Positions 1 through 7,301 are shown, numbered from the stretch's first letter. The stretch is 10,693 nt of DNA from an uncultured archaeon (GCA_964583985.1 CAZOYD010000095.1:1-10693), one strand, 5' to 3'. Numbers and translations: made by a program. Notes: generated by a model not told the origin, from the sequence alone.

Positions 1-470
1 TTCATGATATGGGCAGGATTGCGGGAATAACTCAAGAACGCCATTCAATTGATGGATATAATTTTATAAAAAAGAAAGGGTTCGAAAAATTAGCGCGAAT
101 TTGCATTACTCATTGTTTTCCTAATAAAAATATTAATGCAAACATAGGGATATGGGAGTGTACTAAAAATGAACTAAAATTTATTGAAACCTTCCTTGAA
201 AATTCTGAATACGGCGATTATGATCGATTAATTCAATTATGTGATTGCATAACAATGGAAGATAAATATATTTTGATTGAAAAGCGTTTAGTTGATGTGG
301 TTTTACGCTACAACTTAAAAAATCAAGTCTCTTTAGGAATCCCTGTATTACAAAAATGGCAGAAATATTTAGAAATAAAAGATTATTTTTCAAACTTGAT
401 CGGTGAATCAATCTATAATCTTCTACCAAATGTTATAGAGAATACTTTTGGTACGATTAAATCAGATTAA
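1..470 (+). CDS. HD-domain metal-dependent phosphohydrolase (5'-truncated by window edge)
   Basis: The frame is open upstream of the ORF-track ATG at 9: nt 3-17 read CAT GAT ATG GGC AGG = H-D-M-G-R, the xHDxG[RK] HD motif. Later matches are RH, ICITH and LIQLCD (distal Asp). The true start lies before the window. Confidence 0.85.
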   Translation, partial: HDMGRIAGITQERHSIDGYNFIKKKGFEKLARICITHCFPNKNINANIGIWECTKNELKFIETFLENSEYGDYDRLIQLCDCITMEDKYILIEKRLVDVVLRYNLKNQVSLGIPVLQKWQKYLEIKDYFSNLIGESIYNLLPNVIENTFGTIKSD

Positions 471-533
471 ATTTTAGTGAAATTTTTTAGTAGCGTCAAA
501 TTTGTGAAATTAATTCGAATATAGTGAATCATA

Positions 534-2015
534 ATGGAACTCGGCAATTACACGGCACATGAATTAATTGAAAAAATTCGGGCTAAAGATATTCGTATAA
601 GCGAAATTTTACAATCGAGTTTCGATAGGATTGATGAAATAGATAAATTTATCCATTCATTTGTCAATTACTCAAAAGAAAAGGCACTTAAAATAGCGAA
701 ACAATATGATAACAGAATAAAAAACAATAAAAAAATTGGAAAATTATTTGGACTTCCCTTAGCCAACAAGGATTTAATCTGTTTGAAAGATTTCCCCACG
801 ACGTGTTGTTCAAAGATATTAGAAGGGTTTAAACCCCCATATAATGCATTCGTAATTGAACGATTAGTTGAACAAGAAGGAGCAATTCACATAGGGAATA
901 CGAATATGGATGAATTTGCCATGGGAAGTTCAACTGAATCTAGTTGTTATGGACCGACTTACAATCCGTGGGATTTAAAAAGAGTTCCTGGTGGATCTAG
1001 CGGGGGATCTGCCACTGCAATAGCATCAGGACAAGCAATGCTTGCTTTAGGTAGTGATACAGGAGGGAGTATCAGATGTCCTGCATCTTTTTGTGGTGTT
1101 GTAGGATTAAAACCAACATATGGAAGAATTTCACGATATGGGCTCATAGCATTTGCAAATTCATTGGATCAAATTGGATCAATCACCAAGTGTGTTCGTG
1201 ATGCTGCATTGATGCTAGAAGTTATTTCAGGTAAGGATCCACTTGATTCCACCTCAATCGATATCAAAGTGGATAATTATACAGAGGAGATTGAAAAATC
1301 AATTGATAAGAAGGTACTAGGAATTCCAAATGAATTCTTTGGGGAAGGAGTCAATAGCACGGTAAAAAAAAGTGTCGAAAAGGCTATTAATAAATTGGAA
1401 GGTTTAGGGGCAACTACTATAGAAATTACTATTCCACATTTAGAATATACGGTTGCTACATATTATTTGATATGCATGTGTGAAGCTAGCTCAAATTTGG
1501 CAAGATATGATGGAATCAGATATGGGAAGATCACGGATGATCTCTCGGGTGATGTATTTGATGTAATTGGAAAAACTAGAGGCGAAAATTTCGGTCCGGA
1601 AGTAAGAAGGAGAATATTCTTGGGTACCTATGCTCTTTCTGCAGGCTATTATGATATGTACTACTTGAAAGCTTTAAAGGCGAGATCACTGATAAAACAA
1701 GATTTTATGAACGCATTTAAGAAATGTGATTCTATTTGTTGCCCAACCATGCCAATTACAGCATTTAAGATTGGAGAATTAATTAATAATCCTTTGCAAA
1801 TGTATACAATTGATATTCTTACCTGCCCAGTAAACTTGGTAGGGCTCCCAGCACTATCTATTCCTTGTGGTTTTGACAATAATAATTTACCAATCGGTTT
1901 TCAAATAATTGGTGATTATTTTGATGAGAAAGGAATTTTAAATATTGGATATCAACTTGAACAAGAGTTAGGCATATATAGAAAAAAGCATCCGATAATC
2001 AAAGGAGGTGCTTAA
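534..2015 (+). CDS. gatA: Asp-tRNA(Asn)/Glu-tRNA(Gln) amidotransferase subunit A
   Basis: Amidase-signature motifs ANKDLI (catalytic Lys), TNMDEFAMGSS, PGGSSGGSA and GSDTGGSIRCPASFCG (nucleophilic Ser), plus GatA-specific EASSNLARYDGIRYG and FGPEVRRRIFLGTYALSAGYYD. 493 aa, directly upstream of gatB. Confidence 0.97.
   Translation: MELGNYTAHELIEKIRAKDIRISEILQSSFDRIDEIDKFIHSFVNYSKEKALKIAKQYDNRIKNNKKIGKLFGLPLANKDLICLKDFPTTCCSKILEGFKPPYNAFVIERLVEQEGAIHIGNTNMDEFAMGSSTESSCYGPTYNPWDLKRVPGGSSGGSATAIASGQAMLALGSDTGGSIRCPASFCGVVGLKPTYGRISRYGLIAFANSLDQIGSITKCVRDAALMLEVISGKDPLDSTSIDIKVDNYTEEIEKSIDKKVLGIPNEFFGEGVNSTVKKSVEKAINKLEGLGATTIEITIPHLEYTVATYYLICMCEASSNLARYDGIRYGKITDDLSGDVFDVIGKTRGENFGPEVRRRIFLGTYALSAGYYDMYYLKALKARSLIKQDFMNAFKKCDSICCPTMPITAFKIGELINNPLQMYTIDILTCPVNLVGLPALSIPCGFDNNNLPIGFQIIGDYFDEKGILNIGYQLEQELGIYRKKHPIIKGGA
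2004..2010 (+). promoter_or_regulatory. Shine-Dalgarno GGAGGTG for gatB, embedded in the last codons of gatA
   Basis: GGAGGTG at 2004-2010 lies 6 nt before an in-frame TTG at 2017. Confidence 0.75.
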
Positions 2016-2016
2016 T

Positions 2017-3486
2017 TTGAGTAATCAAAATCATAAAATCATGATTGGATTGGAAGTTCATATCCAATTAACAAATCTCAAGTCAAAATTATTCTGTGAT
2101 TGCAGTAATGATTATCGTGGAGCTGAACCAAACACTCACGTGTGTCCTATTTGTTTAGGTTTGCCTGGATCTCTTCCTGTTTTAAACAAGGAAGCAGTAG
2201 AATTTGCAACTAGATTAGCTATTGCATTAGATTGCAGAATAAATCATCAATTTTGGTTTTACAGGAAAAATTATCACTATCCAGACCTTCCAAAAGGATT
2301 TCAAATATCTCAATATAACAAGGCAGGAGGTAAAGCTTTTGCAGATGGAGGAAAAATCACGATAAAAATAAATAACCACAAAAAGGATATCCTTTTAAAT
2401 AGAATCCATCTTGAAGAAGATCCCGCTCGATTAGTACACAAAGGAAGTATAGCAACTTCCCCATATACATTAGTAGATTATAATCGATCAGGTGTTTGCT
2501 TGATTGAAATCGTGACTGAACCCATAATAAATTCTCCAGAAGAAGCCAGAGAATTTCTAAAACAATTAAAGTCAATCGTTCAGTATTCTGAAATTTCAAA
2601 TTTAGATCTTCAAGGTTCTGTTAGAGTGGATGCGAACATTTCACTTAAAGGCCATGAACGTAGTGAAGCTAAAAATATCAATAGCTTTAAAGAAGTGGAA
2701 CGGGCATTAAGGCATGAAATTGTGCGACAAAAAAATATCATAAAAAGAGGAAAATCCTTGATATTAGAAACACGCCATTGGGATGAAAAAAGAAGGATCA
2801 CGATTTCATTGCGTAAAAAAGAATTTGAAGCAGATTATCGCTATTTCCCTGAACAGGACTTGCCCCCAATCGAAATAGATGATGAATTTATTGATAAAGT
2901 TAGAAATGAATTGCCTGAAATGCCAAGCGAAAGATCCCATCGATTAATTAGGGAATACGATTTATCAGAATTTGATTCAGACAATTTAGTTTTAGATAAA
3001 AACATTGCTAACTTTTTTGAGGATGGTGTAAATTCTGATCCATCATTTGGACCAAATGAATACAAGCAATTTTGTAATTGGCTAATGAACACCATATTGG
3101 GATGGTTAAATGAACACAACATGACAATAAATGATACGAAATTATACACAAAACAAGTCGTTGATTTAGTCAATTATGTAAAAGAAGGACGAATCACTAC
3201 TAAAATTGCTAAATCACTCATGGTTGACCTCATGCAAGGGGATTCCGTATCCAAAATACTAGAAAAGAAAGGCAAGGCAAGAATTTCAGATCAAAAGATT
3301 ATTGAACAATTGAGTAGGGAGACTATAGAAGAAAATCCAAAGATAGTAGAAGATTGCACTAAGAATTCAAAGGCTATAGAAGCGCTCATTGGAAGAGTTA
3401 TGAAAAAAACGCGGGGACAAGCCGATCCTTGGATAACAAGACAAATCATTCTTAAATTACTTAGAAAAATGGAAATGATTGATTAA
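2017..3486 (+). CDS. gatB: Asp-tRNA(Asn)/Glu-tRNA(Gln) amidotransferase subunit B (probable TTG start, 489 aa)
   Basis: Motifs IGLEVHIQL, KLFCDC, CPICLGLPGSLP, RKNYHYPDLPKGFQISQY, IHLEED, DYNRSG, EIVTEP, RVDANIS, KNINSF and DYRYFPE, plus a YqeY-like tail (LIGRVMKKTRGQADP). Start moved from the GTG at 2008, which is part of the SD, to the TTG at 2017. Confidence 0.97.
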   Translation: MSNQNHKIMIGLEVHIQLTNLKSKLFCDCSNDYRGAEPNTHVCPICLGLPGSLPVLNKEAVEFATRLAIALDCRINHQFWFYRKNYHYPDLPKGFQISQYNKAGGKAFADGGKITIKINNHKKDILLNRIHLEEDPARLVHKGSIATSPYTLVDYNRSGVCLIEIVTEPIINSPEEAREFLKQLKSIVQYSEISNLDLQGSVRVDANISLKGHERSEAKNINSFKEVERALRHEIVRQKNIIKRGKSLILETRHWDEKRRITISLRKKEFEADYRYFPEQDLPPIEIDDEFIDKVRNELPEMPSERSHRLIREYDLSEFDSDNLVLDKNIANFFEDGVNSDPSFGPNEYKQFCNWLMNTILGWLNEHNMTINDTKLYTKQVVDLVNYVKEGRITTKIAKSLMVDLMQGDSVSKILEKKGKARISDQKIIEQLSRETIEENPKIVEDCTKNSKAIEALIGRVMKKTRGQADPWITRQIILKLLRKMEMID

Positions 3487-3499
3487 AAAAGAGAAAAAA
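3485..3499 (-). terminator. Putative archaeal oligo-T terminator for the Roadblock gene
   Basis: The minus strand reads TTTTTTCTCTTTTTT starting about 10 nt after the stop codon at 3510-3512. Confidence 0.45.
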
Positions 3500-3509
3500 T
3501 ATGTATAGT

Positions 3510-3860
3510 TTAAAGAAGTGATTCTAAAGCTTGTGTTGCGGCTGAAAGTTTCAAGTTAATTATTCCCAATTTAGCTTCTACGGTCGATATTATTACCAAA
3601 ACGTTTTCCTTTACGGTATTGAATAAAATCTTCCCTTTACCACTTTCAATGATTGCGTTATTAAATTGCCCTTGTTCTAATTCTTTGGTCGCTCTTTGTG
3701 AAGCTTTTAATATAAGAGTCACCATTGCTGCTACTGCTTCTGGATCTACCCACCCTGGAAGTGCAGAACCTTTAATTAGCCCAAATTTCTCTATTAGAGC
3801 TGCACCATGGACTCCTTTAATTGATTTCAAACTTTCTAAAATATTAGTAATTTCACTCAT
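3510..3860 (-). CDS. Roadblock/LC7 (MglB/LAMTOR-like) domain protein
   Basis: 116 aa with the Roadblock pattern: N-terminal helix (ITNILESLKSIKGV), GAALIEKFGLI (equivalent to G-hhh-xx-DG-hh), central helix (PEAVAAMVTLILKASQRATKEL), strands (AIIESGKGKILF, VLVIIS) and terminal AKLGIINLKL helix. Confidence 0.88.
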   Translation of the reverse strand: MSEITNILESLKSIKGVHGAALIEKFGLIKGSALPGWVDPEAVAAMVTLILKASQRATKELEQGQFNNAIIESGKGKILFNTVKENVLVIISTVEAKLGIINLKLSAATQALESLL

Positions 3861-4083
3861 TTCACTCAGTTTAAATTGTCATTATCCTATGAATAATAAA
3901 TATGCGATTAAGGTTTAAAAATGTTGAAGTAAGAATAAAGATGTAAATTTAATATTCATTATTTTGCAAAATTATTTAAAAAAAAGGAAACTTTGTTATT
4001 TTTTGAGATTACGTTCGATCTAATAGTAATATAACAATTACAATATCAGTTTAATATTCAATATATAAAAATAGATTATAAGT

Positions 4084-4098
4084 AAAAATGTTATATAT
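4084..4098 (+). promoter_or_regulatory. Candidate BRE/TATA box upstream of the GNAT gene
   Basis: A purine run followed by TTATATAT (AAAAATGTTATATAT) ends about 40 nt before the ATG at 4140. The region is very AT-rich, so specificity is low. Confidence 0.3.
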
Positions 4099-4139
4099 TG
4101 AGACTTATACTAAGCTAATATAAATCTGGATTTTTTACC

Positions 4140-5285
4140 ATGGGATCGATAGTATATCGCCATTATCAAGATGGTGATGAGACACAACTTGCGGATTTGT
4201 ATAATAGATCTTTTCAAGCTAATGGACCCGGTTTGGTTCGAACTCCAAAAAATTGGAATTGGAGGTATGTTCAATCACCAAATTTTGAACCAGAAATGAT
4301 CCAAATTGCTGAAGATACTGAAAAAAATAAAATCGTTGGTTCAATTCATGTAAGTTTAGTGGAACGGGTGTTTATTGACGAGATTTCCTTGCTAAATGGT
4401 GAAATAAATGATGTGGCATGTCACCCAGAATACATGCGTCAAGGAATTGCAAGGAGATTGTTAAAAAACGCGATTAGGTACATGAATAAGAAAAAGTGCG
4501 ATATATCAATGCTGACAGCTGATTATTCCGGTTTCCCACGAAAGAAATTATACTTAAAAGAAGGATATAGAGATTATGATAGGGAAAAGATGTTTGTTCA
4601 ATTTCCTAATGTTCTTAATTTGTTCCATGATTTTTATGGATTCGCAATTTTAATTCCTGTATTTTTAATATTATCTTATATCCCAAGATTGTTATACAGA
4701 TTAGTATTAAGATCAAAAACTTTTTTCAATGACGTTACCTATGAAATTGTTCGTAACGAGAGCCATTTTAAATACATGAATGCGCTAAACAGAATAATCA
4801 AGCCTCAATATGCAGGATTTCACCCTTATACTAAAAATAAATATATATGGGCCCGAATAAATGTTCCATCAAAGAGATATGAACCAACCTATATAATCAT
4901 GAAAAAAAATAATGAAATTATTGGAGGTGCTGCGTTTAATACCGCAAATATTTATGGGTTTAATTATGGTTTGAAATTTAAGATTGGAATTATCCATGAG
5001 ATATTTTTAGAAAAAAAGAAATTTCTTAATGAGTGGAATTTATATTATGGATATATTTATTTGTTGGATAGGCTGTTAAAAGCCGCTACAAGAAGATTTA
5101 CAAGTGCAATAATATTATTTGCCAGCTCTTTTGATCATTCCTTGCATCAAGCACTAAGAGCCATGAAATTTTTTAGTTTTAATGGGGCAAGTGTAATGAT
5201 GAAAATTCTCAAAAAGGATTTGAAAATTAAAAAACTCACAAAACCGCTTTATATCCCAACTCACGTTTCACTCTCGATTCCTTAA
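4140..5285 (+). CDS. Tandem-GNAT fold acyltransferase
   Basis: The N-terminal GNAT has IVYRHYQDGD, KIVGSI, motif A GEINDVACHPEYMRQGIARRLL (R/Q-x-x-G-x-A CoA loop) and KLYLKEGY. The second half repeats the pattern (YTKNKYIWAR, NEIIGGAAF, KIGIIHEI, ALRAMKF) but lacks the CoA loop. Confidence 0.85.
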   Translation: MGSIVYRHYQDGDETQLADLYNRSFQANGPGLVRTPKNWNWRYVQSPNFEPEMIQIAEDTEKNKIVGSIHVSLVERVFIDEISLLNGEINDVACHPEYMRQGIARRLLKNAIRYMNKKKCDISMLTADYSGFPRKKLYLKEGYRDYDREKMFVQFPNVLNLFHDFYGFAILIPVFLILSYIPRLLYRLVLRSKTFFNDVTYEIVRNESHFKYMNALNRIIKPQYAGFHPYTKNKYIWARINVPSKRYEPTYIIMKKNNEIIGGAAFNTANIYGFNYGLKFKIGIIHEIFLEKKKFLNEWNLYYGYIYLLDRLLKAATRRFTSAIILFASSFDHSLHQALRAMKFFSFNGASVMMKILKKDLKIKKLTKPLYIPTHVSLSIP

Positions 5286-5375
5286 ATAGAGAATTTTAAG
5301 TCCTTCTCTAGCATTAATTAATTACGTTCTTATGTGAAGTTAAATATCCATTATTATATAGATCTCAAGAATAAT

Positions 5376-5380
5376 GAGGT
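5376..5380 (+). promoter_or_regulatory. Candidate Shine-Dalgarno GAGGT for the M20 gene
   Basis: GAGGT lies 10 nt before the ATG at 5391; a TATA-like TTATTATATA sits at 5351-5360. Confidence 0.5.
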
Positions 5381-5390
5381 TTTAAAGAAT

Positions 5391-6824
5391 ATGCCAAGAA
5401 GATGGTTAAATTGGATAAAAGAAAATAGCGGCATGCTTTCTTCGATAAGTGATCAAATATGGAATTTTGCTGAAATGAGTTTAGAAGAAGTGAATTCTTC
5501 AAAATTATTATCAAATACTTTAGAGGAAGCGGGATTTTCTGTTAAAAGAGGGGTAGCGGATATGCCCACGGCTTTTTATGCAAGTTATGGAACTGGAAAG
5601 CCAGTTATCGGAATATTAGGTGAATTTGATGCCCTTCCTGGACTAAGTCAAGCTGCAGAACCAAAAAGAAAGCCTTTAGTAGAGGGTGCTCCTGGACACG
5701 GATGCGGTCATAACTTATTGGGTGTAGGTTCTCTTGGTGCTGTATTAGCCGTTAAAGAAGAAATTGATGCGGGTGAAGTATCAGGAACGATTCGATATTA
5801 TGGCTGTCCAGCCGAAGAAACTTACAATGCAAAAGGCTACATGGTCAAAGACGGATTATTTGATGATGTAGATATTGCCCTTACGTGGCATCCTGGATTT
5901 TTAAATATGTTAACAGTAATGAGTGCATTAGCAATGAATTCTGTAGTTTTTAAATTTCATGGAAGAACAGCTCACGCAGCAGGTGATCCTCAAAATGGGA
6001 GGAGCGCTTTGGATGGAGTTGAACTAATGAATGTTGGTGCTAATTATATGCGAGAACATATGATACAAGAAGCTCGTCTTCATTATGTTATAACAAATGG
6101 AGGAGAAGCTCCGAATGTCGTACCTGCGTTTGCAGAAGTTCACTATTTTGTAAGAGCACCAGAACGACATCAAGTTGAAGAATTATATCAACGGCTCATA
6201 AACATCGCTAAGGGCGCAGAACTCATGACAGAAACGAAAATGGAAATAGATTTTATAAGTGGTACATACAACACTTGGTATAATGAGATTGTTGATGATG
6301 TGTTATTAAAAACAATGAAAGAAGTTGGAGGTCCGCGATTTGATAAGCAAGATATGGCATTTGCAGAGGAATTAAAGAAATCTCTACCTCCAAACTCGAT
6401 AGAGGGATACATGAGTTTAGTACCTCCAGATATGAAAGAAATGGCAGAAGCAATTCTAAGTAAACCACTTAGTAAAATCGTGATTCCGCCGATAGGAAAG
6501 GGTAAATCAATGCCTGGTTCAACAGATGTTGCTGACGTATCTTGGAAAGTTCCATTGGGAGAGTTCATGACTGCTTGCGAAATAATCGGTTCTCCTGGAC
6601 ATTCATGGCAAACCGCTTCCTGCGCGGGTATGAGTATAGGTCATAAGGGGATGCTAACAGCTGCAAAAATTCTCGCATCAACATCTTTAAAGTTCATGCA
6701 AGATAAAGAATTAGTGGATAAAGCAAAAGAAGAGCATGAAAAAAAACATAAAGACAAACCATACATTTCTCCTTTTCCAGAAGATCATAAACCGCCTTTT
6801 CGCAGAATCAAAGAAAAACGCTAA
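5391..6824 (+). CDS. M20 family amidohydrolase, AbgB-like (p-aminobenzoyl-glutamate hydrolase subunit B / Acy1L2 subfamily); probable start 5391, 477 aa
   Basis: Motifs IWNFAE, GEFDALPGLSQ, GHGCGHNLLG, GCPAEE, TWHP, AHAA, GRSALD, GGEAPNVVP, GSTDVADVSW and PGHSWQ. The 19 codons from the GTG at 5334 look non-coding (TATA-like and SD elements). Confidence 0.92.
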   Translation: MPRRWLNWIKENSGMLSSISDQIWNFAEMSLEEVNSSKLLSNTLEEAGFSVKRGVADMPTAFYASYGTGKPVIGILGEFDALPGLSQAAEPKRKPLVEGAPGHGCGHNLLGVGSLGAVLAVKEEIDAGEVSGTIRYYGCPAEETYNAKGYMVKDGLFDDVDIALTWHPGFLNMLTVMSALAMNSVVFKFHGRTAHAAGDPQNGRSALDGVELMNVGANYMREHMIQEARLHYVITNGGEAPNVVPAFAEVHYFVRAPERHQVEELYQRLINIAKGAELMTETKMEIDFISGTYNTWYNEIVDDVLLKTMKEVGGPRFDKQDMAFAEELKKSLPPNSIEGYMSLVPPDMKEMAEAILSKPLSKIVIPPIGKGKSMPGSTDVADVSWKVPLGEFMTACEIIGSPGHSWQTASCAGMSIGHKGMLTAAKILASTSLKFMQDKELVDKAKEEHEKKHKDKPYISPFPEDHKPPFRRIKEKR

Positions 6825-6835
6825 ATAATCCTAAT

Positions 6836-6857
6836 TTCTTCTATTTTTATTATTTTT
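6836..6857 (+). terminator. Putative T-rich terminator after the M20 gene
   Basis: A T-rich stretch (TTCTTCTATTTTTATTATTTTT) begins about 10 nt after the stop. Confidence 0.4.
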
Positions 6858-6949
6858 AAAAAGATTGGAAAAAATTCCACTCAAAAATCGGTCCCTCCAA
6901 GAGATTAATATCTTTTTTTATTATTTTTTATTAAACAAGAGTAAATGAG

Positions 6950-7252
6950 ATGATAAAAATGAGTAAAGTAGGAGAATTGCAACTATCGGATTTCTATCAG
7001 TCGAGAAGGGAAAAGATTATTAGTTTATTATTAGGTGAAATCATATTTTTAAAGAGTCATATCGGGCAAATTCATTCCATCTCTCAAGAATGTCAACTTG
7101 AACCAGGTTTAGAAAAAATTGACTATATCCTAACATTATTAAAGAAAACTGAGGAAGAATTGCCTGAAGATACTTTTGATAATATTATAAGCTTGGTTTA
7201 TAATATCCTGAGAGAAATTGTAATTGAAATAGAAAAAGAATTAAATATTTGA
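6950..7252 (+). CDS. Hypothetical small acidic alpha-helical protein (start 6950 or 6959)
   Basis: The 100-codon ORF fills the gap between two genes, shows amphipathic helical periodicity and is followed at once by a T7 tract. No motif recognised. Confidence 0.7.
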   Translation: MIKMSKVGELQLSDFYQSRREKIISLLLGEIIFLKSHIGQIHSISQECQLEPGLEKIDYILTLLKKTEEELPEDTFDNIISLVYNILREIVIEIEKELNI

Positions 7253-7289
7253 TTTTTTTGATTTTACCCTTTTTGAATTAATAAAAAAA
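7253..7289. terminator. Putative bidirectional oligo-T terminator between convergent genes
   Basis: T7 at 7253-7259 on + follows the hypothetical gene. A7 at 7283-7289 (T7 on -) lies 12 nt after the SDR stop. Confidence 0.55.
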
Positions 7290-7301
7290 TAAAGCTTAGG
7301 T

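Noticed and set aside
181-3173. Minus-strand ORFs 181-429, 959-1147, 1661-1879, 2357-2599, 2610-2801 and 2841-3173
   Set aside because: All are antisense to well-supported HD, gatA or gatB genes and have no recognisable motifs; shadow ORFs.
3510-3860. Idea that the small gene after gatB is a diverged gatC
   Set aside because: It is on the opposite strand and has an alpha/beta Roadblock pattern, not the GatC pattern.
3851-3868. Perfect 9-bp tandem duplication TTTCACTCA x2 across the Roadblock start
   Set aside because: Only two short copies; most simply a slippage duplication or chance, with no supportable function.
3619-3918. 99-aa plus-strand ORF
   Set aside because: Antisense shadow of the Roadblock gene, which has the recognisable fold pattern.
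3861-4139. Long AT-rich spacer as possible ncRNA, CRISPR array or origin
   Set aside because: No GC-rich stems, spaced repeats or ORB-like boxes are visible; consistent with divergent promoters.
5334-5390. GTG-initiated 19-aa N-terminal extension of the M20 protein
   Set aside because: Contains TATA-like and SD-like elements, and AbgB-like similarity begins near the Met at 5391.
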